From the NCBI RefSeq assembly GCF_902459465.1, contig NC_047068.1:19096001-19160000 (forward strand): a stretch of DNA of 64,000 bases, in the 5' to 3' direction. The notes below the pieces were generated by a model. The model ran no database searches, was not told the origin of the DNA, and saw only the letters and a program-made list of their open reading frames with translations. Made by a program: the position numbers and the translations under genes. This DNA is from Asterias rubens (taxonomy: Eukaryota). Shown one piece after another: positions 1-12,043 of this stretch (within the stretch, counting starts at the first letter, position 1; each line of letters begins with the position of its first letter).

Positions 1-86
1 ATACTGTTAGTGTATAATATGTGATTGTTTTTTAACGGTAACGTTTTTTCATTATCAAGTGATTCATGACTCACAGCGTGACGAAA

Positions 87-962
87 TAACTCAGCAGGCT
101 ATAACTCAGGACTCAGACTAAGACTGATGATACCTCGTACTGTAGGACACAGCAATAAGATACTCGACTCATACTCAAACTAACTCAGCAGGCTATAACT
201 CAGGACTCAGACTAAGACTGATGATACCTCATACTGTAGGACACAGCAATAAGATACTCGACTCATACTCAAACTAACTCAGTAGGCTATAACTCAGGAC
301 TCAGACTAAGACTGATGATACCTCATACTGTAGGACACAGCAATAAGATACTCGACTCATACTCAAACTAACTCAGCAGGCTATAACTCAGGACTCAGAC
401 TAAGAGTGATGATACCTCGTACTGTAGGACACAGCAATAAGATACTCGACTCATACTCAAACTAACTCAGTAGGCTATAACTCAGGACTCAGACTAAGAC
501 TGATGATACCTCGTACTGTAGGACACAGCAATAAGATACACCACTCATACTCAAACTAACTCAGTAGGCTATTACTCAGGACTCAGACTAAGACTGATGA
601 TACCTCATACTGTAGGACACAGCAATAAGATACTCGACTCATACTCAAACTAACTCAGCAGGCTATAACTCAGGACTCAGACTAAGAGTGATGATACCTC
701 GTACTGTAGGACACAGCAATAAGATACTCGACTCATACTCAAACTAACTCAGTAGGCTATAACTCAGGACTCAGACTAAGACTGATGATACCTCATACTG
801 TAGGACACAGCAATAAGATACTTGACTCATACTCAAACTAACTCAGTAGGCTATAACTCAGGACTCAGACTAAGATTGATGATACCTCGTACTGTAGGAC
901 ACAGCAATAAGATACTCGACTCATACTCAAACTAACTCAGCAGGCTATAACTCAGGACTCAG
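87..962. repeat. 94-bp tandem minisatellite, ~9.3 copies
   Basis: GACTCATACTCAAACTAACTCAG recurs at 166, 260, 354 and onward (period 94). Confidence 0.95.
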
Positions 963-1084
963 TCTACATGTATACAATGAGATCTCATAGTTGGACTTTA
1001 ACAATGAAACTCCAGATTCAAACTTGGACACAACAATGAAACTTTTTTGTGAAAAAAATTACAAATGAATGAAAATAATCTTAC

Positions 1085-1198
1085 CAATGTCACAGTTTTT
1101 ACCCGAGAAGCCATTTTGGCAAATACATCTGTACTGATTCTGCTGGTTCAAGCATAGTGCTGAGTTCATGCACGGTTTACCAGCGCATTCATCAATAT
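1085..1198 (-). CDS. EGF exon (Ca-binding type)
   Basis: 114 nt, AG/GT; DIDECAGKPCMNSALCLNQQNQYRCICQNGFSGKNCDI. Confidence 0.92.
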
Positions 1199-1389
1199 CT
1201 GTAATTGGAAAACAAAAATAATAACTCATTCAAATAAAATGAATATGACGCTATGGCAATTCATCAAAGGCTTAAGGATGCAACGTCATATTAGCTAAAT
1301 ATAAACACAACTCCTAACTGTCACCCATAAATCTAATGATATGACAGACCTATCAAGACTAGTTTTTTTAGGAGAGATCGCCCAACTCA

Positions 1390-2310
1390 CATGGCCGGAC
1401 AGCCACTTCAAAAGAGGGCTACATTTAACTGATTTAGGCTATCAACCCAAATCAACTGCCACCAGGAGCACATTGCCACCTACTCCTGGGGCTGAAACAG
1501 GGTTAGCCCCTTCACAGACCATAAGAATGTAGGCTTGGGTATCATCCATTAGGAGCCTGGCTGGAAGAGCAGAATGCACTAGGAGAGGCCTACCGCCACA
1601 AGGGACATGCTGCCACCTACATGTACTCCTTGGGATGAAACAGGGTTACCCCCTTCAGTCCTTAAGGATGTAGGCATGGGTATCATCCACTACTGGAGCC
1701 TGGCTGGAAGAGCAGAATGCACTAGGAGAGGCCTACTGCCACAAGGGACATGCTGCCACCTACATGTACTCCTTGGGATGAAACAGGGTTACCCCCTTCA
1801 GTCCTTAAGGATGTAGGCATGGGTATCATCCACTACTGGAGCCTGGCTGGAAGAGCAGAATGCACTAGGAGAGGCCTACTGCCACAAGGGACATACTGCC
1901 ACCTACATGTACATGTACTCCTGGGGATGAAACAGGGTTACCCCCTTCACAGTCCATAAGGATGTAGGCATGGGTATCATCCACTACTGGAGCCTGGCTG
2001 GAAGAGCAGAATGCACTAGGAGAGGCCTACTGCCACAAGGGACATGCTGCCACCTATGTGTACTCCTGGGGATGAAACAGGGTTACCCCCTTCACAGTCC
2101 ATAAGGATGTAGGCATGGGTATCATCCACTATAGGAACCTGGCTGATAGAGCAGAATGCACTACCTTCCCAACTTTTTACAAAGCAATTATGGTTCAGTG
2201 CCTTGCTCATCCAAGGGCACAAGTGTCATGGCCGGGATTGAACCCGCACTGCTACTGACAACAAAAGAGCTTGGGTCTGGTGAACTAGACTGCTCGGCCA
2301 CACCATGCCA
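1390..2310 (-). mobile_element. tRNA-derived SINE-associated element with an internal ~143-bp segment repeated ~5 times
   Basis: tRNA-like head near 2190-2310 (minus); unit period 143 (1607 vs 1750); single-unit relatives at 20310-20652 and 25503-25830. Confidence 0.75.
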
Positions 2311-2332
2311 TGTAATAAAACAAAAACCTCAC

Positions 2333-2446
2333 CTCTGTGACAAAAAGTTCCCTCCCATCCTGGGAAACAGTCACATCGGAAAGACGTTGCTCCAGTCTCA
2401 GCACAAATACCAGACATGCAAGGATTGTCAGCACAAGTTGTTACAA
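2333..2446 (-). CDS. EGF exon
   Basis: 114 nt, AG/GT; VTTCADNPCMSGICAETGATSFRCDCFPGWEGTFCHR. Confidence 0.92.
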
Positions 2447-2782
2447 CTGAAAATAAAATCAAACAATACAACTATTTAATAGATGTTAAATTTGCATCAG
2501 GGATAAAGAATATTAATTTTGTTTTTTACCCATATACACCGATGTGTGTTAGCACTGTATACCCAGTACTTACCCGAGTTCTGTGAAAATATATCACAGG
2601 CATATTACTCGGGTGGGATTTGACCCCACAACCTTTGCCATTCTAGAGCATTTTTATCATGTGAAAAGAACCTGAGTATTTGACGCAACTTTACACCTGT
2701 TTCCTTGTCTGTTATTGTTAATTTAACGACTGGCGTACACAACACACAGTCTCAATTAATTTTATTTATTGATAACACTTAC

Positions 2783-2896
2783 AAGCTCCACAGTTGACTC
2801 CAGTAAACCCTGGCTGACATGAGCATCGATACAGACCTCCACCGGCTTCACTACACACTGCTTGATTCAGGCATGGATTACTATGACAACCAGTTT
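2783..2896 (-). CDS. EGF exon
   Basis: 114 nt, AG/GT; [37 protein letters not shown]. Confidence 0.9.
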
Positions 2897-2976
2897 CTGT
2901 CAATCAAACATTTACATCAATAAGTATATTGGTTATACCAGTGGACTAGAATACACGGGAATATTAACTTGGTCTC

Positions 2977-3146
2977 AAGGCCCGGTCACACAGGCCCCGA
3001 TAAAGAGAACGATAAAAATGCAAGCCCTTGATTGGTTGAAATGCTCCACGCAGAATACGCCCACGCTCATTCAACCAATCGAGGGCGTGCTTTTTTTATC
3101 GTTATCGTTTTCGTTATCATTATCGGGGCCTGTGTGACCGGGCCTT
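2977..3146. mobile_element. MITE (PIF/Harbinger-like ends)
   Basis: Perfect TIR AAGGCCCGGTCACACAGGCCCCGATAA / TTATCGGGGCCTGTGTGACCGGGCCTT. Confidence 0.85.
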
Positions 3147-3688
3147 TAGTGTTCCAAAAGTGTGCCCTTGTATTTATTGGTCTTGGAAGATGTATAGGTA
3201 GCCAGGGTGTCAGAATACATACAGTTTAGTTGAAGACTCTGGCTTTAATTCACACAACAAGGATTAATTTTATCACTCACAGATAAAATACATTATTCAG
3301 TGGACACCCACAACCGTTGTGGTGCCACCTTGGCTAGTTTTGTCGTGTCTGATGGGCTTGACAAACCCTGTCCAGTTGGTCTTTGTGTGACGTTGCACAT
3401 TTTCCCCAGGGCTTTTCTGGGGTACCTTGTTGCAAATGGGCAAGGCACCCTTCTTCAACCAATAATGTGCAGTTAAGTTAAAAAACAGCGCCGTCGCGCT
3501 GCATTTGTGCGGGAACCTCACTTTGGTTTAGCTACCAATCAAGTCAACACCAAAGCTGATACCAATAAGTCAACTCAATGTGTAGAGTAAGAGTAACTAT
3601 AAATATAAATATGAATAGTAAACTTGCGGGTACAACCATGGGTAAAATCTCTTTTGAAGGAGTGGTGGCTCTGAAAAGAGCCAGTTTG

Positions 3689-3733
3689 GTCTCGACGTTT
3701 TTGAACAGTATACTCTACTCGTCTTCAGGAGAC
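3689..3733 (-). ncRNA. Minimal type I hammerhead-ribozyme remnant (core mutated)
   Basis: GTCTC CTGAAGA C GAGTAG-AGTATA-CTGTTC AAAAAC GTC GAGAC: 5-bp stem I and stem II present, GAAA replaced by AAAAA. Confidence 0.65.
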
Positions 3734-3790
3734 TTTTCAATGTGTACTGTTGTGTCCTCAGAGAATAAGAAAAACATTATAGAAACTTAC

Positions 3791-3910
3791 GTGTTTCACA
3801 GAATGCCCCGGTGAAACCAGTCAGGCAGGTACACTCAAATGTAGTCACATCACGAGTAACGCACACTCCGCCATTTTGACACGGAGTAAAACTGCAAGGA
3901 TCTGGAGGTG
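3791..3910 (-). CDS. EGF exon
   Basis: 120 nt, AG/GT; PPDPCSFTPCQNGGVCVTRDVTTFECTCLTGFTGAFCET; alternative in-frame AG would start the exon at 3901. Confidence 0.88.
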
Positions 3911-3948
3911 CTGTAGAAGGACCATGAAACAAAAGAATACTTTAATAT

Positions 3949-4638
3949 AAGGGGATATTAATAAGAGAATATTAATTAGGGAATATTAATAAGAGAATAT
4001 TAATAAGGGAATATTAATAAGAGAATATTAATAAGGGAATATTAATTAGGGAATATTAATAAGAGAATATTAATAAGGGAATATTAATAAGAGAATATTA
4101 ATAAGGGAATATTAATAAGGGAATATTAATAAGGGAATATTAATAAGAGACAATTAATAAGGGAATATTAATTAGGGAATATTAATAAGAGAATATTAAT
4201 AAGGGAATATTAATAAGAGAATATTAATAAGGGAATATTAATTAGGGAATATTAATAAGAGAATATTAATAAGGGAATATTAATAAGGGAATATTAATAA
4301 GGGAATATTAATAAGAGAATATTAATAAGGGAATATTAATTAGGGAATATTAATAAGAGAATATTAATAAGGGAATATTAATAAGAGAATATTAATAAGG
4401 GAATATTAATTAGGGAATATTAATAAGAGAATATTAATAAGGGAATATTAATAAGGGAATATTAATAAGGGAATATTAATAAGAGAATATTAATAAGGGA
4501 ATATTAATTAGGGAATATTAATAAGAGAATATTAATAAGGGAATATTAATAAGAGAATATTAATAAGGGAATATTAATAAGAGAATATTAATTAGGGAAT
4601 ATTAATTAGGGAATATTAATAAGAGAATATTAATAAGA
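3949..4638. repeat. 14-bp AT-rich satellite, ~49 copies
   Basis: Variants AAGAG-, AAGGG- and TAGGG-AATATTAAT. Confidence 0.97.
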
Positions 4639-4982
4639 CCGATTGTTGTATCACCAAAATTCGCTTCACATTCGCATTTGCAGAAAGTATATGAAGCGGG
4701 CTTTATTTAGTCTTTGTACACGTCCCAGTCATCATTAAAGATTTAACTTGCAAAATGGTTCACCGTGATGCAAACAATGGGCAACTTATGAATTCTTATT
4801 TCTTGACAGGTGAAGTTCATAGTCATAGACCTCAAACCAATGTTTGTACATGTTGTATGAGAGAGATTGGCTGTTGCCAGCTTGGCTTGTACAACCTTGT
4901 GGGTTGCCGAGTTCCCTTGACGGGAAGATCATCTCAACAAACAAACAAACAAACAAACAAACATGATACATGACAAACTTAC

Positions 4983-5096
4983 GGATTTCACAGTTGTCTC
5001 CCGCGAATTGACTCTGACAGAAGCAGAGGTATCGGTCGACTCCTCCGATGCATAAACCTCCATTTAGACATGGTTGACTGGCACACTCATCGATAT
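4983..5096 (-). CDS. EGF exon (Ca-binding type)
   Basis: 114 nt; [38 protein letters not shown]. Confidence 0.92.
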
Positions 5097-5196
5097 CTGT
5101 TGTCAAAAACAAACAGTCACATAGCAATCACAGAGCTTAGCCTTACTTCCTTTACTAATACCCCATCACACCAAACGTGTTGGCTCAAATCTATTC

Positions 5197-5445
5197 CTTT
5201 ATAGCACCATGTAATGGTTACAAGTGCTGTGGCACAATGCTGCCAATCAAACCAGGAACAACCCATTCTCTTTTCGAAATGCACTGGTTTTTTTTTTACG
5301 TGCGTTACACTATGTTTTTAGGTCCCATCCGAAGGACCCAACAATAATGGTTAAGTCTTTTGCTTAAGGACACAAGACTGGGACTCGAACCCACACTCTG
5401 CTGATCAGAAACACCAGAGCTTGAGTTTGGTGTTCTTATCCGCTT
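5197..5445 (-). mobile_element. tRNA-derived SINE fragment
   Basis: B-box GGGTTCGAGTCCC on minus strand; body matches copies at 7530-7855 and 48150-48522. Confidence 0.75.
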
Positions 5446-5471
5446 TTGATATCATTACATTGATGATTTAC

Positions 5472-5591
5472 CTGTTTGGCAGAATGAGCCTGTGTAGCCA
5501 GGGAGACATTGACAGAAAAATTGGCCTCCTACATTACTGCATGTACCTCCATTACTGCATGGGTTGCTCAGTAGACAAGGATCAACAGACA
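5472..5591 (-). CDS. EGF exon
   Basis: 120 nt; [39 protein letters not shown]. Confidence 0.9.
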
Positions 5592-5859
5592 CTGAAAGAA
5601 AAAAGGACACAGTTTGACTAAAACAACGACTGACAAGAACATTGCTTCAAATGATTGTATGCTAGGAATCTGGCATTGCCTTTGGTCGGGGCGAGTTGGT
5701 CTATAAAAAGCATTTTAAACCAATTGTTATGAAATGCATATGGTTCGAAAAATGTTTCAAAAGTAGAATATAATTCTACACAAAAAGGCCTGGAAATTGC
5801 ATTTTCCTTCTACGATTATGAATTCCACAAATCAAGAAGTTGTGATTCAGTAACATAAC

Positions 5860-6190
5860 GCCAATACTTATTCTAGCCATTGTGAAATCAGTAGCTTGGT
5901 AGGATTCAAATCCACAACCTTCTGATTGCTAGTACTGCAGTCTAACCACTGGACCACGGTTAGCTTGGTAGGTTTCAAACCCACAACCTTCTGATTGCAA
6001 GTCCTGCAGTCTAACCACTGGACCACGGTTAGCTTGGTAGGATTCAAACCCACAACCTTCTGATTGCAAGTCCTGCAGTCTAACCACTGGACCACGGTTA
6101 GCTTGGTAGGATTCGAACCCACAACCTTGAGTCTGCAAGTCCTGCAGTCTTACCACTGGACCACGATTAGCTTGGTAGGATTAAAACCAA
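5860..6190 (-). repeat. SINE with ~4 tandem 69-bp tRNA-like heads plus tail
   Basis: Unit GGTCCAGTGGTTAGACTGCAGGACTTGCAATCAGAAGGTTGTGGGTTYGAATCCTACCAAGCTAACC carries A- and B-box-like motifs. Confidence 0.85.
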
Positions 6191-6758
6191 CAGCCAGCCT
6201 TGCAAGTGCATGACCAGCAGTCTTACCTCTGGACAAGGGTTGGGTCGTCTGAGAATAAACGGATTAACATGCCTATGCTCTACCAATTGAGCTATCTAGC
6301 CTTACATGTATCTTGGCGGCCTCCCCATTTTGTCAATACCTTTGTTCAGGGGTGCTAGTCAGAACCATACAACTGTTAACCACCATTGGGGAGGTAGTGC
6401 TTTCTACTTCGGACTGATGATACCCAAGCCTTCATCCGTTTGGACTGTAAAAGGGGTAACCCTGTTTCAGCCCTAGGTGGCAACAGCCTCTGGAAGCGAA
6501 TAATTGTAGCCCACACCTTGAAGTGGCCTTCAGGCCTGGTGTGTCTGGCGACTTGCATACAAAAGAATTATTTAAAAAAAAACAGGGATCACACCCAAAT
6601 TTACCTGAGAAGTGGCAGCAAGCCAAGGGATCGATCATCTTGGGGATGCAGTTTTTTATTTCGAAATTTCAAAAAGTTAACCACAACTATCTTTTTGTTA
6701 TACATAATAAAAGTTTGAGCTGTGTCAAAAGTCAAAAGGAGAATCAAAGTATAGTTAC

Positions 6759-6872
6759 CTGTTTGACAGAACTGTCCCCGGTAACCGAGCAAGCAGGTGC
6801 ATGTATAAGCCGTCCCGCTAGCAACACAAACACCTCCATTCTCACACTGATGAAACAGACACTGATCGGTAC
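6759..6872 (-). CDS. EGF exon
   Basis: 114 nt; TDQCLFHQCENGGVCVASGTAYTCTCLLGYRGQFCQT. Confidence 0.9.
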
Positions 6873-7369
6873 CTACATGTCAAAATACAAACCATGAATA
6901 ATATTGACATCACATGCACAAAAGTGACCAATCAACGCCAGCCTTTTGTTTCCTGGTTGGTACACTGCATGTGTTTCATTGTTGATTTTTCAATGGTATT
7001 TTTGTATATATGATAAAGCAATATATAAAAACTAAATACTATTATTATTATTATATATTCCCCCTTCTGGTTATAGCCTTTTTTATGGACCATTTTTATT
7101 TTATTTTAATCTCGCCTTTTACAACTATTTTTCTCAAAGAATTTTGGAGTTTACTGTTTGTCATTGTGCATTGTTATTCTAAGTACTGTACTGTCCTATA
7201 TGTGAACTATACACTACGCAACAGCACTAGAGTGGAATAAGTATTCGCCATCTGATTGCCGATCCCGCCGGTGTAAGGAGTGGACCCCCGGCTGGGACAT
7301 CAATACATAACGACACAATCACAGTTGTGGGGAGTTAAAACAATTGAAGTATGCACATGTCTTTAGTAC

Positions 7370-7498
7370 CTGGTTCTATCAATTGCTCACAAAATGATCC
7401 ATGCCAACCAAAGGAGCAGTAACACTTATACTCTGTGGGTTGATTTTCAGATGCAACACATGTAGATCCGTGAAGACAGGGTTCACCACGACATCCAA
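7370..7498 (-). CDS. EGF exon with short linker
   Basis: 129 nt; GCRGEPCLHGSTCVASENQPTEYKCYCSFGWHGSFCEQLIEP. Confidence 0.88.
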
Positions 7499-7529
7499 CT
7501 GAAATCACAAACAATAAGAATAATAATAG

Positions 7530-7855
7530 TGGCTTCTTATAAAGCGCCCATGTCTGTCACTCAGTGATGCTTAATACACCTCAACCTTTAGTATATTTTC
7601 CTGCAATGTATTGTGGAGCTATGTTTTTTTAAGTATGAGACCTACATGTATTCCTTTACATAGCACCATGTAATTGTTTACAAGGTGCCGTACTGCAATA
7701 TGTTGCCAATCAAACCAGGAACACCGGGGCAAACCCCTTCTGTTTTCGATAAGTGCACCGGGTTCTTTTACATGCATTAAAAACACACCAATGGCTTTAC
7801 GTCCTATCCGAAGGATGAAGCAATAATGGTTAAGTATCTTATTTTAAGGACACAG
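7530..7855 (-). mobile_element. SINE body and tail fragment
   Basis: Same family as 49405-49715 and 53505-53890. Confidence 0.7.
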
Positions 7856-8060
7856 GTGAAATCACAAACAAGAAAAATTCATGGTAGGGTTTTGGGGTAA
7901 CACCTTGTCGTGAAATCTCTCTTATGAACTGTGGGGATTCTAAAAATGAGATGGTGGTGTAAGAGCTTGATCGATCAGTGTGATCTGATCGTCTAAATAA
8001 CACTTCTTAACCACACCTTGAAGTCGATTTGAATGTAAAGGTTTGAAAGCTGAAAGTTAC

Positions 8061-8420
8061 CTGACAGGGCGTTATCAATAACCTCCACGAGAAATCCACG
8101 GAATGCACGCCGAATATCGGACGTAAACCGAACCCACATCTTGTTGGTGCTGGATACAAAGTTTGCTGGGATGAAATTCCCGGACACTCTTAAGATAACG
8201 GATTGTTCATCGTCGGGATTAAGACCATCACCGGCTTCAAACCAATCAAAGTCTTCCTCCGTGTAGAAGTCACGGAATATGAGTCTCATCGTTCGGCCGG
8301 CAGGGATTGTGATCAGCCACTGGCAGAGTCGACGGTTATCATATTTATCGGGGTAGTTGGGCGACTGAAGTTCGGCTGTACCTCCGGGTTCTAAGGTTAT
8401 ATCTCGTACACAAGTGTTCA
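8061..8420 (-). CDS. CUB-domain exon
   Basis: 360 nt, phase 1-1; NTCVRDITLEPGGTAELQSPNYPDKYDNRRLCQWLITIPAGRTMRLIFRDFYTEEDFDWFEAGDG...WVRFTSDIRRAFRGFLVEV. Confidence 0.93.
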
Positions 8421-8500
8421 CTGGTAAAGTTAAGAATGAAAATGATAATGATAATAGTGATTATATATGTAATGCACCAATTCTGTCATAAAATGTCACT

Positions 8501-8665
8501 GTGGTCAAGTGGTTAGACTGCAGGACTTGCAATCACAAGGTTGTGGGTTCGAATCCTATCAAGCTAACCTTGGTCCAGTGATTAGACTGCCGGACTTACA
8601 ATTACAAAGTTGTGGGTTCAAATCCTACCAGGCTAACTACTGAGTCACAATGACTATAAGTGTTA
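8501..8665 (+). repeat. SINE with 2 tandem 69-bp tRNA-like heads plus tail
   Basis: Same unit as the 5.9-kb and 22-kb arrays; B-box GGTTCGAATCC. Confidence 0.8.
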
Positions 8666-8836
8666 TCATCTACATAGTTACTGAATCACAACCAATTGTT
8701 TTGTGCAATTCATATGAGAGATATTGGATGTTTCCAGCTTGGTGTTTGTTTCCCCTTGTTTGGGAGTTTGTCGAGTTCTCTTCTAAAAGAAAAAATGTAG
8801 TTTTGAGTGGAGCAGTTTGAAGTTACTTATACCGAC

Positions 8837-8950
8837 CTGCTTCACAGCGTAGTCCCCAGAATCCTTCTAGACAATCACACAGGAAACCTCCAACTTGAGA
8901 CATACATGATCCGCCATTGATGCATGGATTACTATCGCAGGAATCAGTCA
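8837..8950 (-). CDS. EGF exon (absent from the ORF track)
   Basis: 114 nt; [37 protein letters not shown]. Confidence 0.9.
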
Positions 8951-8980
8951 CTGTAACACAATCATCAAGAAAATTGAATT

Positions 8981-9290
8981 AATATCTATTCATAAATACC
9001 TCAGACAGTTTCGCTATTCCTATTGGTAGAGAGTGCGTCACGTGGGGGTATTTAAACAGTTGATAATGACCAGCTGGAGCTGTTTATAACCGGTTGTTTA
9101 CAGATACATTTAGATGCATACTACTACGCACACAAATGCATATCCGAAAACTGTCTCAGTAATAAAAATACAATACATGTACAGCATGAACAGAGCTCAA
9201 GGATGTCCGGAAAACGGATAAGTTTTACAGAGTTTCATACTTTATTACGCCTTTTAACCAAAAAGGCATTTATGAAAGGGTTAAATTCCC
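8981..9290. mobile_element. Dispersed MITE-like repeat (second copy at ~38335-38620)
   Basis: Near-identical sequence at two loci; imperfect TIR TTCATAAATACC / GGCATTTATGAA. Confidence 0.7.
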
Positions 9291-9840
9291 TTATTTCAAT
9301 TCAAGTCAACATTTATTTCATACACCTCTTCTCAAGGTATAACATATACAACATATTACAAAGATAAGCGAAAGAATAAGCACAGATAATGGAGGGAAAA
9401 TAGTTAATCTACATTGTATGTAAACCAAAATAAAGACAGTATGAGTCTATAATATAAAGCCAAGGCTTGTAGAAGACAGCCTAGACAGACAAGCTACAAA
9501 CAAGGAGACAAGACAAACAGATAACAATATGAGTTTAAAATCAGCAAAAATGTCAAGCAAAAAATGACAAGCAAAAAATTACAAGCAATTATAGATTTAA
9601 ACAATAAACAATGGAAATATACAATATGCAATAGAATTATGCAAAATTCCAGAATGCAAAGGGAGTGTAAAAAACAGACCAGCTAAATAAATAATAGGAA
9701 ATAATATCGTTATCCCAGATGTATTAGGATTTCTCTCAACATGAACTGAAAAACAAATATCATCACCTCATCTTTATTGAAAATTAAGTTTAACTTTATT
9801 AAAATATATATAACTTCTGAAGGAATAGTTAATGACTTAC

Positions 9841-9954
9841 ATAACTGACAACGAATGCCGCCAAATCCTAATGGACAGGTACATAAATATGCATTCAGCA
9901 GGTTGAGGCATGTCCCTCCGTTATTGCAAGGATTACTGCTACATTCATCCACAT
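9841..9954 (-). CDS. EGF exon (Ca-binding type)
   Basis: 114 nt; [38 protein letters not shown]. Confidence 0.92.
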
Positions 9955-10224
9955 CTGAAAATATTATAAATAACACATTATCATTTTTGTACTGTTCTAT
10001 AATAAAGATGCAATAAAAGGGATCAACCTGGTGCCCAAACAAGTAGTTATACACCCCAATGGTCATACCTCATTGGCTATAGACCGTATTAATTACCCCT
10101 TTGTTGCTTGTTTGGCAAATCACATACATCAATGAAGCATGCAGTGTTCCCCATTCGATTTCTGTGACACACATACGCACACCATCACGCACACGCTCAC
10201 AGACGCCATGTTGTAGGGCAGGTT

Positions 10225-10490
10225 TTTGAATGGTGACTTCATACTCAATACCGTCTGTAAGTTACTTGACCAAACAACCAGACAAATGAAACTGCCCAAT
10301 CCTGGGAGGGCCTGCGGACTATTGAGTGGTCAGGCCAGCCATACCTGCGACCATATTTCCATGTCAAATATTCATTCATACCCCAAACAGTTAAAGACTG
10401 TAACACGTTACCTCCCAACATCAAATCCACCATGGACAATCCCATCTCAAACTATAACCATGCACAGAATAGAACTGACAGAAATCTGAT
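10225..10490 (+). mobile_element. LINE (CR1/L2-group) 3' fragment
   Basis: YSFIPQTVKDCNTLPPNI resembles the ORF2 C-terminal SFFPRT..WN.LP motif. Confidence 0.65.
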
Positions 10491-10613
10491 AAAACTGTGC
10501 GGATGATAATCATGTATACCATGGAAGTGATACAAACATTTTTTAGAGTGCCCTCACGCAGTCAAAAATACACGGGATTGGAGACTTGGTCTGTATGGAC
10601 ATCATGGACTTAC

Positions 10614-10721
10614 CAATTTGACAAAGCTCCCCAGTCCAACCTAGCGGGCATAAACATGTTACAAGATCTCCTCTGTTGTTACAAACTCCACCATTGGTGC
10701 AGGCAAGATCGCAACCCACTC
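10614..10721 (-). CDS. EGF exon containing RGD
   Basis: 108 nt; VGCDLACTNGGVCNNRGDLVTCLCPLGWTGELCQI. Confidence 0.9.
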
Positions 10722-10759
10722 CTACAATACAAGGCAAATATAACATTCATGGAAGATTT

Positions 10760-10953
10760 GGGGTTGAACAAAGAAAAATTTACTAGAGTGGGATTTGAAC
10801 CAACGACTTTGGGTTAAACATGCCGGCGCTCTACCAACTGAGCCATCTAGCCCTATATTTTGTCAATATCTTCGGTTCGGGGTGGTAGTCAGTAGCCATA
10901 CACCTGTACTGCCATTTAGTCAGGGATCACACTGAAGTTTACGATACAACCTG
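10760..10953 (-). mobile_element. Repeat with internal tRNA-like module (310-318-bp family), partial
   Basis: Matches 53991-54575 and 62703-63093. Confidence 0.75.
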
Positions 10954-11410
10954 GGCAAAGTTTCAAATAATGTTTTTAAAACAGTAGACGTTTATACATT
11001 TGCATGGTGGATCAGAAGTTTCAACTTTAAATTTTCCTATTTATAATCTATGAAAAGCAATTCATCATGTTGCGCCATTAATTAATTCATGATTAAGCAT
11101 GATGTGTCCTGTCTTCTACTTTATTTTATGTACTAGAACAAAAACCTACACAAGTCAAAGTTAGAAGAATTTGAAACTTTGCATAGTGGAAGTATAAATA
11201 GACAAGGTTAGCAATAACACCATGTGAAAATCTCTTTTGAGTAGTGAAACTCAATATTCGATCAGTATGCTCTGATCGTCTTCGGGAGAATAAGCATACT
11301 GATTGAAACGTTAAGTTGTCAACCACCGGTCTGAAAAGAACTTATTCACATGGTGACACCGCAAACCTCACCTAAGAAATAAAACAATTAGAAAATTGTG
11401 GATATTTTAC

Positions 11411-11524
11411 CGTTGGCACAAGTTGGTCCTGAGAATGCCGCAGTGCATGTACATGTATACTGATTGAGAAGGTTAGTACAGGTTCCTCCATTACTACACG
11501 GATTACTGCTACATTCATCAATAT
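11411..11524 (-). CDS. EGF exon (Ca-binding type)
   Basis: 114 nt; [38 protein letters not shown]. Confidence 0.92.
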
Positions 11525-11929
11525 CTGAAACAACAATAACAAATTATTGAAAATATCAAATAATAATATGCTGGCATTTTATAGAGCCCCTTTTCCGGGG
11601 GTTTCCCTGCTCATTTTTGATAAGCAGAACATTTTTAAGTAAAACATTTTTGCTTTAGCAGCTCAATGAAAGTGGGCCCTGGACTTGGGAAAGTACTGAG
11701 TAAAAAGTGCTTAAACTGTAAGCGTAAAAAAAAAAATAATAATTTGTTATCCTCGGTGCAAAATTTACATCTATCCGAAGTTGAAAGCTCCTTAGTCCTA
11801 GCCTAAGCCAGAAGGTATGGTAACTTACTGAAGCACATTCCTAGCAAAGTATTCCAAGTCCACCTCAATTACTTCTTTGTCACTAAAAATGTCCAGTTGA
11901 GAATAGTAACATTGGAGGGGTGCACCTAC

Positions 11930-12043
11930 CTATAGTACAACGGGGGCCTGTCCATCCTGGTATACAGTCACACGTATAAGATGTACGGAGGTTGGTACAT
12001 ACTCCACCATTCAAACATGGACTACTCTTACAGGCATCCACCT
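11930..12043 (-). CDS. EGF exon
   Basis: 114 nt; [38 protein letters not shown]. Confidence 0.92.

Noticed and set aside
87-962. CTGATGA in the 94-bp unit as a hammerhead core
   Set aside because: No downstream GAAA or stem III/GUH arrangement is present.
3297-3521. 74-aa minus-strand ORF between EGF exons
   Set aside because: It has no recognisable domain and no convincing phase 1 splice boundaries; the alternative frame is interrupted by a stop.
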